Positions 1 to 10,261 of a stretch of 64,000 bases of DNA are shown here, piece after piece. Each line of letters starts with the position of its first letter. Position 1 is the stretch's first letter. This DNA is from Thermodesulfobacteriota bacterium. GTDB lineage: Bacteria > Desulfobacterota > BSN033 > UBA1163. The stretch is taken from positions 9,303 through 73,302 of the forward strand of contig JBEKUZ010000008.1 in assembly GCA_049514515.1 (NCBI GenBank). Direction: 5' to 3'. The notes beneath the pieces were generated by a model that ran no database searches, had not been told where the DNA came from, and saw only the letters and a list, made by a program, of their open reading frames with translations. The position numbers were made by a program, and so were the translations under genes.

Positions 1-1085
1 CTTTTGGTCTGCAAGTCCGCAACGATTGGATCAACAACGGGCTTTACCAAACGGAAAACCGCGTGCGCGTGGACAAGTTTGATTCCGAGGCCGGCACCGT
101 TCTGCCTGCCACGACGGAAGCGGATCATTTTACAGACACCGAAGTTGGATTGTACGTAGAAAACAGAGTGAAGTGGGCGGAAAAATTTCGCTCGGTTGCG
201 GCCCTGCGCGGTGATTTGCAGTGTTTTAACGTTACCAGCCTTGTCAACCGGGCCAATTCCGGCACCTCCAGTAAATTTCTGCCCAGTCCGAAATTGAGTC
301 TGATTTTTGGACCGTGGGCAAAAACTGAAATTTATGTGCAAGGCGGCTTCGGTTTTCACAGCAACGACGGGCGTGGTGCCACGCAGACGGTGCAACCGGT
401 TTCGGCGGACAATCCTTACCCCGGAACGCCGGCCGCGAAAATTCCCGCTCTGATCCAAACCAAAGGCGCAGAAATCGGCGTGCGCACGCTGGTTGTGCCG
501 CACCTCCAAAGCACCGTGTCACTGTGGTATCTACACAGCGATTCCGAACTCCAGCAGGATGGCGATACCGGCGGCACGGTTGCTTCAAAATCGGGAAGCA
601 ACCGCTACGGCATCGAATGGGCAAACTACTTCACGCCGACTGAACATCTCGCGTTTGACTTTGACATTGCGGATTCCATCGCCCGTTTTGACTCGGTGGA
701 CACGGTTGACGCCGCGCCGGGCAGTCCCGGGGGCAAGCGTGTGCCCGAGGCGGTTGGATTGGTGATCTCGTCGGGCATCACGTTGCACGATTGGCATGGC
801 TTTTCGGCCGGTCTGCGGCTGCGCTACTTTGGCCCGCGCGATTTGACCTCGGACGGAATTTATCGTTCCCACCAAACACTTTTGCTCAACGGAGAAGCTG
901 CCTACCAAATCAACAAGACCTGGCGCATTTCAATCACACTGTTGAACCTGCTCAACCGCCGCGACCACGACATTGACTACGCCTACACATCGCGCGTGAC
1001 ACCAACGGTCGCGCCGGTGTTTCAGGATGTTTACCATCCCGTAGAGCCGATTCAGGCGCGCGTCGCATTAACCGCGCGATTTTAA
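1..1085 (+). CDS. TonB-dependent receptor, C-terminal beta-barrel part (5' end outside window)
   Basis: The reading frame is open from nt 3 to the stop at 1083-1085; the track ORF starts at an internal GTG. Alternating-hydrophobic beta-strand pattern. C-terminal ...LTARF with a terminal Phe, typical of OM barrels. Confidence 0.6.
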   Translation, partial: FGLQVRNDWINNGLYQTENRVRVDKFDSEAGTVLPATTEADHFTDTEVGLYVENRVKWAEKFRSVAALRGDLQCFNVTSLVNRANSGTSSKFLPSPKLSLIFGPWAKTEIYVQGGFGFHSNDGRGATQTVQPVSADNPYPGTPAAKIPALIQTKGAEIGVRTLVVPHLQSTVSLWYLHSDSELQQDGDTGGTVASKSGSNRYGIEWANYFTPTEHLAFDFDIADSIARFDSVDTVDAAPGSPGGKRVPEAVGLVISSGITLHDWHGFSAGLRLRYFGPRDLTSDGIYRSHQTLLLNGEAAYQINKTWRISITLLNLLNRRDHDIDYAYTSRVTPTVAPVFQDVYHPVEPIQARVALTARF

Positions 1086-1346
1086 CATGAACGGCCACCG
1101 CCTGTGCGCGATTAACGTAAGATGCGGCCTGAGAAGAAATGCCAGGTTTCGGTAGGGCGCGGCTGAAGCCCCGCAAACTGATCGTAACCGGCTTGGCTGG
1201 TTACCGCACGTGTTCGGCTTCAATGTGAGCTCGAGATTATTCTCCTGCGCCCGTTGCGATGGCAACAAAGAAGCAGGAGTCCAGTTGAGAACATTCATAT
1301 TGATAATTTTGAATAACGTCCCCTTCATGTTGATCCTCCTGCGACG

Positions 1347-3068
1347 TCAAAATTCCCAGTGGAACCGCGCACCGAAGACCGAGACCGGACCACGATCACG
1401 ATTAAAGGCAGGATTGCTAATGAACTGGTAATCCACCGCGCCATGGATGGTTTTCCAAATTTTGAAATCGTAGTAAGATTCCAGAATTTTCTCCCACCCG
1501 TAGTTCAGCGCGCCGTCGCCAGCGAGAATGCCTGTGCCGCCAGCTTCAAAAAATTTCTGATGCACCTTGGAGATGCCGTTGAGCACGCCAGCGAGACCGA
1601 ACGTGTCGTCTGGCCGCTGCCAGGCTTGGCCTTTGACGCTGATACCCGCCGTCGCCGTGTAATCGACATCGCTAAACATCCATGCTTGATTTCGTCCGTC
1701 GCTCCAGCCCACGCGGGAAAAGACTCCGAGATTTTTAACAATCTCTTGTTCAAGGTTTAAACCGAAGCCATATTTGTAGCAAAATTCAGCCGAGGCTGTG
1801 ATGTCGGCAGGCCGGGTTGGACTATTAACCGCATCCTGGTAACTGCCCATGTTGGCGCGGTTCAGATAGGCAAGAAACCGAACCACCCCCGGATGGGTGT
1901 TTACGCTGTAACGAAACTCAAATTCCGTCACCATGCCCCAAGCATCTAAAAGCGGGCCATCGTGTGCCGAATTGTCATACGGCCATTTGAAAATCCGGTC
2001 TTCTGCGGTCAAAGAATTCGAGAAGCGCGGCACTTGAAAAAATCCGTAGCGCAAAGTCCATTTCGGCTGGTTCAATTCCACGGCAAGTCCGGTGGTGTAA
2101 CCAATGGCATCCGCCGGATAATCCCAGGCTTCGTTGGCCATCAACGCCCAGCTCATGAACTGAGTTTGCGGATCGTTCGCGTAGCCATTGTTGTCGAAAA
2201 TGTCTTTGACGCTCATCCGTCCGAGTGTGAACGTGAGTCGGGAAACATCCTGTTTTCCAGCAAGGGTGAATTGGTCATCGGGCACATCCTCCTGCTCCCC
2301 GCCCAAGCCGATGGTCTGACGGATGAACAAGCGCGCGATAGCCCCGTTGGGAACCCCAGTGCCGAGACGGAGGGCTTCACCGTTAGGAAAACCTTCCACG
2401 CCGCGCGTGTTGTTCAGACCAAACCCCTGCCACATCATTCCGTCAATGTGCGCCTCGGCACCGCGCCACAGGCGAACGCCGGCCATCAAATCCAGTGAAA
2501 CCGATTCGCGCGTTTCACCGCCGGATGGCAGGCTGTTTGGCCCGGAATACTTCGATGAGAATCTGGGATAACCCTGGACGATGTCGGTGTTCTGGACGTG
2601 CCAGTTCCAATTCTGTTCCTGAACCTCGGACGATTTTTCAACCGCCGGTTTCGTTTGGTCCGTCACTGGCGCGGACCGGTCGCACACGGAATTCGTAGAG
2701 ACTTCCGCCGGACTGTGAAAGGATGGCATGTTTTGATAGATTCCAGTAGCCTGCACACCAAGCAATTTGGGCACCCAGCTCGGCAACTGTAGGCCAAGTA
2801 AATTGGATATAGAATCATTTGCTTCGTAGGCGGACTTCGGCAGCTTCAATTTCGATATCCAATTTTCAGTTCGTCCAGACGAGGTCTCAAGTTGACGCTG
2901 ATTATCTCCGGCGATACGCTCATCATCCGTGACAGCCGTTGCGGGACGAGTGGCGGCGAGAAAGAGCAACGCAATAACGAGGGTAAGGACACGATAAAGT
3001 GATGTCCTTGGATTCTTCTTTCGCAGGGTTAATAAACGGTAACAATTAAGCGTCATGACACCTGCCAC
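1347..3068 (-). CDS. OprB-family (carbohydrate-selective) porin-like outer membrane protein
   Basis: 573 aa with a signal-like N-terminus (LVIALLFLAATRPATA). SD aggagg lies 6 nt before the GTG at 3068. C-terminal ...FHWEF. The conserved blocks (NSLP..GGETRES, FDNNGYANDPQTQFM) match the OprB porin family by recall. Confidence 0.6.
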   Translation of the reverse strand: MAGVMTLNCYRLLTLRKKNPRTSLYRVLTLVIALLFLAATRPATAVTDDERIAGDNQRQLETSSGRTENWISKLKLPKSAYEANDSISNLLGLQLPSWVPKLLGVQATGIYQNMPSFHSPAEVSTNSVCDRSAPVTDQTKPAVEKSSEVQEQNWNWHVQNTDIVQGYPRFSSKYSGPNSLPSGGETRESVSLDLMAGVRLWRGAEAHIDGMMWQGFGLNNTRGVEGFPNGEALRLGTGVPNGAIARLFIRQTIGLGGEQEDVPDDQFTLAGKQDVSRLTFTLGRMSVKDIFDNNGYANDPQTQFMSWALMANEAWDYPADAIGYTTGLAVELNQPKWTLRYGFFQVPRFSNSLTAEDRIFKWPYDNSAHDGPLLDAWGMVTEFEFRYSVNTHPGVVRFLAYLNRANMGSYQDAVNSPTRPADITASAEFCYKYGFGLNLEQEIVKNLGVFSRVGWSDGRNQAWMFSDVDYTATAGISVKGQAWQRPDDTFGLAGVLNGISKVHQKFFEAGGTGILAGDGALNYGWEKILESYYDFKIWKTIHGAVDYQFISNPAFNRDRGPVSVFGARFHWEF

Positions 3069-3108
3069 CCTAAACCTCCTTTAGGCGCCGAGCCAAGTGG
3101 AAGGAGTA

Positions 3109-3140
3109 GAAATAAAAAACCATTCCACAAGGGGGAATGG
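3109..3140 (-). terminator. Intrinsic terminator (minus strand)
   Basis: Hairpin ccattcc-ccc ttgt-ggaatgg followed by ttttttatttc on the minus strand. Confidence 0.55.
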
Positions 3141-3377
3141 TTTAAAATTCGGATCGGGCAACCATGCTAATTGCCCAACCACATATATTGCTTACGTTCC
3201 CCACTCGTTCAAGCTTCGGCACCGCGTACCGTGAGAGGCCGAATGGCCTCAGCCACATTGAGCAAACCCTTAAGCCGGGAGTGCTTGGTCAACCCGTTCG
3301 GAGAGCTTCTCTGGAAGCTTCCGGGCAGTGGCCTGTTTGTTTCGCGGGAGCCTCACCTACCGAGGACCTTTCTTTTT
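3141..3377 (-). ncRNA. Candidate structured RNA or leader of unknown class, upstream of the porin gene
   Basis: No credible ORF. Bounded by a TTGACA-17-TACACG promoter-like site and the terminator at 3109-3140. Several perfect local hairpins (gaggcc-auuc-ggccuc; agcuuc-caga-gaagcu). A possible long-range GCCAC/GUGGC pairing. Confidence 0.3.
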
Positions 3378-3384
3378 AAACTTT

Positions 3385-3413
3385 CGTGTAACACCCCTTA
3401 AAAATTCTGTCAA
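3385..3413 (-). promoter_or_regulatory. Sigma70-like promoter candidate (TTGACA, 17 nt, TGn-TACACG)
   Basis: On the minus strand, -35 TTGACA is at 3413-3408 and a weak extended -10 is at 3390-3385. Confidence 0.35.
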
Positions 3414-3511
3414 GCGAAAAATTAAGAAGAATTTTGTTTTCCTTGCTTCGTCGTCCTCTCTCAGAAGCAACTTTCTTTTCCCGATTACCGGATGAGAGTA
3501 AATAACCTTGG

Positions 3512-4195
3512 TCAGAAAAACCAGCTCACGCCGACGTGAAACATCTGAGTGTTCGTCCCGTTGTTGGGTAGCTGGGTATGCGCGTTAGAGAAGTGCAGCC
3601 ATCTGTATTGCACGGTCAGTGCGGTTCGGTCACTCAGGAAATAATGTATGCCTGCGCCTACCTGGATATTAAACTGGAAATTTCCAGTGAGATCGGGGCC
3701 ATCAATATTAGTGCTTGAAACCCCGGCCCCGGCGTCGACAAACGGCACCAAGCGGCTGCCAGTGGCAAAGTTGTAGCGAATTAGCGGCGTCAGACCAATA
3801 AAATAACGATCATTGGGTTTGAACTGCTCGCCACCGAAAAGTTCAACCAACAGTTCAAGGTTGCCACGATACCATTTGTCGGAAGCCATTACGTCCGTAA
3901 ATACCCAGCCAAGATTCACTGATGCCAGCGCCAGATCGTGAGCGACCGCGGTGCCGAAAACTCTGATGCCAAAACCCGCCCCAACCGTGCCCCCCGCTTG
4001 GAACAGACCTTTGTGAAAGCCACTACCGATACCATCCACCCAGATGTTCTCTGGCGACGGGCTCCGTTCTGATCCGGGTTCATCCGAATAGGCGCACTCT
4101 GCTGAAAGTCCTATTATCATCAGGATGCTCAACATCACCAAGGTCACCTTACCTCTGGCCCAGCAAGCACAGCGTCCTGTGGATTTCGTTTCCAT
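3512..4195 (-). CDS. PagL-like lipid A deacylase / acyloxyacyl hydrolase family OM beta-barrel
   Basis: 227 aa with a signal peptide. C-terminal WLHFSNAH...GVSWFF, i.e. the H-x-S-N motif plus a terminal Phe. Confidence 0.55.
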   Translation of the reverse strand: METKSTGRCACWARGKVTLVMLSILMIIGLSAECAYSDEPGSERSPSPENIWVDGIGSGFHKGLFQAGGTVGAGFGIRVFGTAVAHDLALASVNLGWVFTDVMASDKWYRGNLELLVELFGGEQFKPNDRYFIGLTPLIRYNFATGSRLVPFVDAGAGVSSTNIDGPDLTGNFQFNIQVGAGIHYFLSDRTALTVQYRWLHFSNAHTQLPNNGTNTQMFHVGVSWFF

Positions 4196-4366
4196 TTCTT
4201 CCTGCCATCCTTCCTATAATAGGCGCTAACATCAGATCGTTTCCTCTGACCCGACCCCTGCTATTCTTTCTTCTCTATGTCCATACTTTTCCGTTTCCCT
4301 GCCAATTTCATCAATCAGTCGCAGAAAAAGTGAACCAGTAACAAGATGATACTCACGGTTATTTTT

Positions 4367-4549
4367 CTACTCTTTACTTTTACCCGAATTGTCTTCTAAT
4401 TTCTTTTCGGTGGTTTCGTCACCTTCCAACCCTTTCTTGAAGCTTCGAATCCCCTTTCCAAGACCCGCGCCAAGGTCCGCAATTCTATTACCACCAAAAA
4501 TGACCAAAGCAATCACCAAGATCACCAACAAATCCGGTCCCGCAAGCAT
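4367..4549 (-). CDS. tatA: Twin-arginine translocase subunit TatA/E
   Basis: 60 aa: one TM helix plus an amphipathic helix, [33 protein letters not shown]. Confidence 0.85.
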   Translation of the reverse strand: MLAGPDLLVILVIALVIFGGNRIADLGAGLGKGIRSFKKGLEGDETTEKKLEDNSGKSKE

Positions 4550-4641
4550 ACATCCTCCTTTCTGAAATCCCCCAAAGTAGCAATTAAAGGAATTTCATAT
4601 CGACCTTTTATAAAAAATTCTGAGATCATGTTCATAGATCA

Positions 4642-7600
4642 CTACTTGCCTTCGGGGATGTCGTCTCCAGCATCGATTCTCCTCGACTCCTCGGCCTTAG
4701 GCAGGCGGTCTGTGGGTCGCGCCCACCAGACGTAAAAAGTAGGTAGCAAAAATATACTAATCAACAGGTCAGCGACCAATCCGCCTACAATGACGATAGC
4801 AAACGGCCGCTGCGAGTCAGACCCGATGGCGTGTGACATGGCTGCCGGCAGCAAACCCAGCGTGGCGACGAGCATGGTCATCATAATCGGCCTGAGCCGA
4901 CGTGTTGCTCCTTCAACCGCGGCATCGGTGATCGAATGGCCTCTCGCACGCAACTGATTGATATACTCAACCATAACGACGCCAATCTGAACCGAAACCC
5001 CGAGCAGGGCCAGGAACCCCACCCCCGAGGAGACGCTTAAATAAGTGCCCGTTACGAGCAATGCCAGAAGACCTCCGAAAGGAGCCACAACCATACAGAG
5101 CAAATTGAGAAACGCCCACTTAGCGGAGCCGAAGGCGCCATACATGATCATGAAGATGAGAAAGACTGTTAGGGGCACGATGATCAGCAGCCGTTCCTCG
5201 GCTCGCTTTTGGCTTTCATACTCACCCAGCCAATTGATGAAATACCCTGGCGGCAACTTCACCTGCTTATTTACCTTCTCTATTGCCTCCTCAACGGTGC
5301 TGCCGAGATCGCGGTCCCGCACGCTGTACTTGACAGCGATATAGCGCCGGTTCGCTTCACGATAGATTTGGTTCGCGCCATCCGGCGTTTCCACCGCGCA
5401 GAGCTGCGCCAGTGACACTCGCTCGCCGGAAAGCGATAATAAGCGGATCTTTTCCAGCGCTTCCTTTGTGTCGCGGTACTGAGGAAGATAGCGCATGACA
5501 AGGTCGTAACGCTCCTCGCCCCTGAGGACCTGGGTGAGGGCATTGCCGCCCACGGCAGTCTGAATGGCATCCTGGACATCCGCCACGTTGATCTGGAAAC
5601 GGGCGGCCTGCCTGCGGTCCACGATGAAATTCAGGTTGGGCTGACCGACGACGCGAAAGATGCCGAGGTCCTGGATTCCCCGAACGCGTTGCATCACGTT
5701 GTAGATCTCTTGGGCCTTGGCCTCGAGAAGTCTCAGATCATCACCGTAGATCTTCGTGGCAAGTTGCCCCTTGATCCCGCTCGTCGCCTCTTCCATGTTG
5801 TCCTGGATCGGCTGAGAGAAGTTCCAGATCGCACCGGGGATCTTCTCGAGCTCCCGGTTCATGGCGGCGATGAGTCTCTCTTTATCCTGGTGAAAGACAG
5901 GGCGCCACTGGTCCTTCGGCTTCAGGTTGACGCAGTACTCTGTGTTGAAGAACCCTGTAAAGTCTTGTCCGTCATCGGGCCGTCCGACTTGGCTGGTCGT
6001 CTGGGTTACCTCGGGAAAGGAGGCGAGTATCACGCGAGCCTGATTCGCTACCCGGATACCCTCACTCGGTCCCGTGCTCGGCGCAAGAGTGCCACGCACC
6101 CAGATTGCACCCTCATCCAAATGGGGTAGAAACTCCGATCCAATGTGATCGCTCATCACCAGATAAAGACTGCCGCACAGAGCGAGCACCGCAACGCCAA
6201 CCATCACCCAGCGATGATGGATCGACCAGGTCAGGGCCCGCCGATAGCGTTTCGTAAGCCATACAACCACCGGATTGTGCCACTCGGGGGTTTCTTTGCG
6301 GAATAAGAAACTTAGCAGAACAGGCGCGATCGTTATTGAAAATACCATTGCTCCCAGGAGAGCAAACGCTACGGTCCAGGCCATCGGTTTGAACAGGCGC
6401 CCCTCCACGCGCTGCAGGGTAAAAACGGGTAAGTAGCCGCTGATGATGATCGTAATGGCGTAGAAGACGGGCCTTTGCACCTCGTGCGCGGCAGCCCGAA
6501 TTCTATCCATCACTGACGAGCTCGGGTCGCGATGGCCTAAGTGGCGAGTGATGTTTTCGACCATGACGACCGCGCCGTCCACGACCATACCGAAATCGAG
6601 CGCACCCAGCGATAGCAGGTTTGCAGGAATCCGCCTCAGATCGAGACAGATGGACGCGAACAATAACGAAAACGGGATCGTCAGCGCAACGATGAGCGCG
6701 CTCCGGGCATTTCCCAGAAAGAGGAGCAGCACGATCGTGACAAGGATGAAGCCTTCCGTAAGGTTTTTCAGAACGGTGTGCGTCGTGTACTGTACAAGAT
6801 CGCCTCGATCGTTGAATGGAACGACCTTAACGCCCGGGGGTAGGATTTTTTCGTTCAGCTCCTGCACCTTCTTCTGCACGCCCTTGATCGTTGCGTCAAA
6901 CTCGGCGCCTTTCCGCATGAGCACGATGCCGGAGACGACATCATCGTTGTCTATGATCTTCCCATCCGAGCGATGAATCGCCCTGCCAAATTGGCCGAGC
7001 CGGATCTTGGGACCCTGTGAGACGACGGCGATGTCTTTGACACGTAACGCCGTGCCGTTCTTTGTCGTGATGACTGTATCCTCAATGTCGCGCACGTTGC
7101 GGACCAACCCGACCACGCGCACGTTGATCTGCTGCATGCCCGCTTCGATGAAGCTTCCGCCCGCGTTCACGTTGTTGTTGGTGAGCTGTTGTTCCACCTG
7201 GCCGATACTGAGTCCGTGGGAGACGAGTTTGTCCGGATCGACGCGGACCTGGTATTCGCGCGTGGGGCCGCCGAAGACCGATACGTCCACCACATTTGGC
7301 ACCGTCTTGAACTGTTTCACCAGGACCCAGTCTTGCAGGGATTTCAATTCCATCGGGTCATATTGCGGATTCGTGCTCCTCAAGGTGTAGAAGTAGATCT
7401 GGCCGACCGGGCTGAAGTCGGGGCCAATCTGGGGCTGAAGATTGGCGGGAAGATTGACCATGGAGAATCGCTCCAGGACCTTTTGCCGGTTCCAGTCGTT
7501 ATCAGAGTCGTCGTCAAACCAGAGGATCACGACGGACAACCCGGCAATCGTTACGGAGCGCAGGTGGGTGAGATGCGGAATACCGTTCATCACGTTTTCA

Positions 7601-7806
7601 AGGGGAATGGTGACTTGCTGCTCTATTTCTTCTGCGGCCCGGCCAGGCCATTGCGTGATGACCCAGGCATAATTATTCGCTACGTCAGGATACGCTTCGA
7701 TCGGAAGACGGTGGAAGGCAACGATGCCACCGGCAAAAAGCAGAAGGGCAAAGGCCAGTACGAAAGGGCGCTTGTTCAGGGCGAAGTCTACTACGGCGCG
7801 GATCAT
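4642..7806 (-). CDS. czcA: CusA/CzcA-family heavy-metal RND efflux pump
   Basis: 1054 aa, 12-TM RND architecture, typical N-terminus MIRAVVDFALNKRPFVLAFALLLF...PIEAYPDV. Confidence 0.9.
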   Translation of the reverse strand: MIRAVVDFALNKRPFVLAFALLLFAGGIVAFHRLPIEAYPDVANNYAWVITQWPGRAAEEIEQQVTIPLENVMNGIPHLTHLRSVTIAGLSVVILWFDDDSDNDWNRQKVLERFSMVNLPANLQPQIGPDFSPVGQIYFYTLRSTNPQYDPMELKSLQDWVLVKQFKTVPNVVDVSVFGGPTREYQVRVDPDKLVSHGLSIGQVEQQLTNNNVNAGGSFIEAGMQQINVRVVGLVRNVRDIEDTVITTKNGTALRVKDIAVVSQGPKIRLGQFGRAIHRSDGKIIDNDDVVSGIVLMRKGAEFDATIKGVQKKVQELNEKILPPGVKVVPFNDRGDLVQYTTHTVLKNLTEGFILVTIVLLLFLGNARSALIVALTIPFSLLFASICLDLRRIPANLLSLGALDFGMVVDGAVVMVENITRHLGHRDPSSSVMDRIRAAAHEVQRPVFYAITIIISGYLPVFTLQRVEGRLFKPMAWTVAFALLGAMVFSITIAPVLLSFLFRKETPEWHNPVVVWLTKRYRRALTWSIHHRWVMVGVAVLALCGSLYLVMSDHIGSEFLPHLDEGAIWVRGTLAPSTGPSEGIRVANQARVILASFPEVTQTTSQVGRPDDGQDFTGFFNTEYCVNLKPKDQWRPVFHQDKERLIAAMNRELEKIPGAIWNFSQPIQDNMEEATSGIKGQLATKIYGDDLRLLEAKAQEIYNVMQRVRGIQDLGIFRVVGQPNLNFIVDRRQAARFQINVADVQDAIQTAVGGNALTQVLRGEERYDLVMRYLPQYRDTKEALEKIRLLSLSGERVSLAQLCAVETPDGANQIYREANRRYIAVKYSVRDRDLGSTVEEAIEKVNKQVKLPPGYFINWLGEYESQKRAEERLLIIVPLTVFLIFMIMYGAFGSAKWAFLNLLCMVVAPFGGLLALLVTGTYLSVSSGVGFLALLGVSVQIGVVMVEYINQLRARGHSITDAAVEGATRRLRPIMMTMLVATLGLLPAAMSHAIGSDSQRPFAIVIVGGLVADLLISIFLLPTFYVWWARPTDRLPKAEESRRIDAGDDIPEGK

Positions 7807-7850
7807 CTCTATTTCCTATTCTTTCCTGTTCTCGAGTCGGCTGAAGACTG

Positions 7851-9002
7851 CTAATACTTCTGCGTAGTGTATTGGAGCGCCAGGGCGTTTGCGACTACCT
7901 GTTGACCCGGCTGGATTCCCGTAACTTCCTGCATGTTGCCGGGATTACCTGGAAGCACCTTCCCAGCGACCACCTCGACGCGCCGGAATTCACTCTCTCC
8001 CGACGGCACGTAGACCCAGTCGCGGTCTTGCAAATGCAGGATTGCGGTTGCCGGAACCTTGGCATGCGTTTCCTGCTGCACGCCATAAAAGGTGGCTGAG
8101 ACAAACATACCGATACGCATGAAGCCCGGATTCTTCATTTCCAGTCGGACCTTCGCGGTGCGGATACTTGGGTCAAGGATCGGGGCGATATTACTGATCC
8201 GACCTTTAAACACCTTGTCCGGATAGGCGTTCAGGCGGACATCTGCGTACTCACCGAGGCGAACAAAAGGGAAATCGTTTTCGTACACGTCGCACATAAT
8301 CCAGACGTAGTCGAGGTTGGCGATGGTGAAGAGGTTCGGCGAATTGTCGAGCGTCTTCACCCCGGCGCCGGCCGTCACATTCTGCTCGGTGATGACGCCA
8401 GAGATGGGAGCGAAAATGTCGACAATTCCGCTTGGGGGATGATCGAGGTCTGTTACACCAAGGACCCGGAGCTTCTCGCCAGTGGCCTCGCGGGTAACCT
8501 CCGCTTTCTCCTCCACCTCCTCCGCAACCTCCAGATCCTTCCTGGCGGTCGCCCCTTTCTCGTAGAGGACTCTGGCGCGTTCCAGCTGCGTCTTCGCCAG
8601 TCTCTCGTCGGCAACGGCTTGCCGGTAATCGGAGAAGGCCCCTGAGATGTCGGCGCTTCGCACCCTCAGGAGAAACTGGCCCTTCTTCACGGTATCCCCC
8701 AGCCGAGCCTTGACTTCCACCACGCGGCCCGAGGCGAGGGAGATAGCAGGGACGGAGCGCGAAACATCAGGGTTCACGACCCCAGTCACGGTCAGCTCCA
8801 GCGCCGCTTTGTGCTCACCGGCCGTTGCCAGCGGAAACTGCTCCGGGTGAGCTACCTTAAACCCGGTAGACTCCCCCTCGCGCTCGACCTGTGCCGGCGG
8901 CGGCATCCCGGACGCGTCATCTGCCTCCATTTCCCGGCCGCAGCCTGCGAGAAGAAGGATCACCCCAAAACAGAGAGTTGCCGCACAAATCAAACGTTTC
9001 AT
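7851..9002 (-). CDS. czcB: RND efflux periplasmic adaptor (membrane fusion protein)
   Basis: 383 aa, lipobox-like LLAGC, coiled-coil hairpin plus beta-barrel pattern. A 4-nt overlap with the upstream OMF gene. Confidence 0.85.
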   Translation of the reverse strand: MKRLICAATLCFGVILLLAGCGREMEADDASGMPPPAQVEREGESTGFKVAHPEQFPLATAGEHKAALELTVTGVVNPDVSRSVPAISLASGRVVEVKARLGDTVKKGQFLLRVRSADISGAFSDYRQAVADERLAKTQLERARVLYEKGATARKDLEVAEEVEEKAEVTREATGEKLRVLGVTDLDHPPSGIVDIFAPISGVITEQNVTAGAGVKTLDNSPNLFTIANLDYVWIMCDVYENDFPFVRLGEYADVRLNAYPDKVFKGRISNIAPILDPSIRTAKVRLEMKNPGFMRIGMFVSATFYGVQQETHAKVPATAILHLQDRDWVYVPSGESEFRRVEVVAGKVLPGNPGNMQEVTGIQPGQQVVANALALQYTTQKY

Positions 9003-10261
9003 TCCATAACCTCCCGACCTACCGCGAGATTCAATTGAGCCGAGGCGGACAAGTAAGACCCAATCAGGGTCAAATAGCTTCGTTGAACATTCCGGTAGTC
9101 ATTTTGCGCTTGCAGAAAATCGAGCAAAGATGCCCCGCCGCGCTCATAGGAAAAGGTCACTATATCGCGAACCGTCACAGCCTGTTGCAGGTATTTCGCC
9201 TTATACGGCCGCAGCAAGATCAGGGTGCTGTTCAGGGTTGCATACGCCGAGTCGACATCGCTATAAACCGACGCTTCAGAGGCATCCCGCAATCTTTCGT
9301 TGCGCAGGATGTCAAGTTGGGTGCGCAGCCTCTCCCCCTGGTTCCTATCGAAGATGCGCAATGGAATGCTAACGCTCAAACCCACATAGGTCTCGTAACC
9401 CGCTTGAAACGAAGTATTTCGCCCGAAATCTACGCCGATCGTCGGATCGGTCGAGGCATTTGCTTCGGCAAGCCGATGGTTCGTCCTGGCCTGGTCGATC
9501 GATTGCACCACGGCCCTCAGGTCCGGCCTTGTCTCGAGCGCGATCCTGCGGAACTCCTCGAGCGGTGAAATTTGCTCGGAGAAATCAAATGGCCCTACCA
9601 CGTCAAACTGTTCGACGTGCGTCCGGTCGTTCAGCAGCATCAAAAGTTGGATCTTCGCCGTTCGCACATTCACTTCAGCAGTTTCCACATCCGATTCAAA
9701 TGTAACGCGCTGCAGTTGCAGTCGATCCAGGTCGATTCGCGCGATATCCCCTGCTTTGAATCGGTCGTTGCTTACCTGAAGCACGCGATCGTAGTAGGAA
9801 AGGTTCTCCTTCGCCAGCTCCAAAATTGCCTTTTGTTGAAGGACCTGTACAAATGCGCTCCGCAAACTGAAGAGCAGGTCTCTCTGCTCGTCCGCCAGTT
9901 GCGAGATTGCAATTGCTGTCCCCTTCTGTGCGCTCTCTAGTCGCAATTGCCGCTTGTGCCGCCGCTCGAACAAATAGCTTAGTGAGACTATTGGCAGCGT
10001 GTCTACGTACGCGTGGGAAGACTTCCATGGGTGGAGTTGGTCCACCGACGCCGTGAAGGTCGGGTTCGGACGCAGAAAGGCTGTGAGTTCTTGCGCCCTG
10101 GACTCTTCAATACCGATCCGCCCTGCCAGCAAAGTCGGATTATTCACCTCAAATTTCTCTCGGACCTCCCGCCAGGTTAAAGCCTGCTGCGCGAAAGACC
10201 CTTTTGTAAAACAACCCACGAGTACAAACACGATGAACGGAAGCCACATCAGGCGCTTCAT
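8999..10261 (-). CDS. czcC: TolC-family outer membrane efflux protein
   Basis: Duplicated OEP repeat pattern. Start moved to the internal ATG at 10261 (MKRLMWLPFIV...), which has gggagg 5 nt upstream. The track ORF extends to 10315. Confidence 0.8.
   Translation of the reverse strand: MKRLMWLPFIVFVLVGCFTKGSFAQQALTWREVREKFEVNNPTLLAGRIGIEESRAQELTAFLRPNPTFTASVDQLHPWKSSHAYVDTLPIVSLSYLFERRHKRQLRLESAQKGTAIAISQLADEQRDLLFSLRSAFVQVLQQKAILELAKENLSYYDRVLQVSNDRFKAGDIARIDLDRLQLQRVTFESDVETAEVNVRTAKIQLLMLLNDRTHVEQFDVVGPFDFSEQISPLEEFRRIALETRPDLRAVVQSIDQARTNHRLAEANASTDPTIGVDFGRNTSFQAGYETYVGLSVSIPLRIFDRNQGERLRTQLDILRNERLRDASEASVYSDVDSAYATLNSTLILLRPYKAKYLQQAVTVRDIVTFSYERGGASLLDFLQAQNDYRNVQRSYLTLIGSYLSASAQLNLAVGREVME

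Noticed and set aside
3300-3345. Cobalamin riboswitch call, based on a GCCACTG (B12-box-like) heptamer on the minus strand
   Set aside because: Only the heptamer and a loose CCCGCGAAAC resemblance are present. The conserved GGGAA, GGUG..AA.UCC and AGYCMGG.GACC blocks are not visible. Kept only as an unknown structured RNA.
7189-7854. 221-aa plus-strand ORF, and other ORFs inside czcA/czcB/czcC on the opposite strand
   Set aside because: These are shadow ORFs antisense to well-supported RND genes in GC-rich DNA, with no recognisable motifs.
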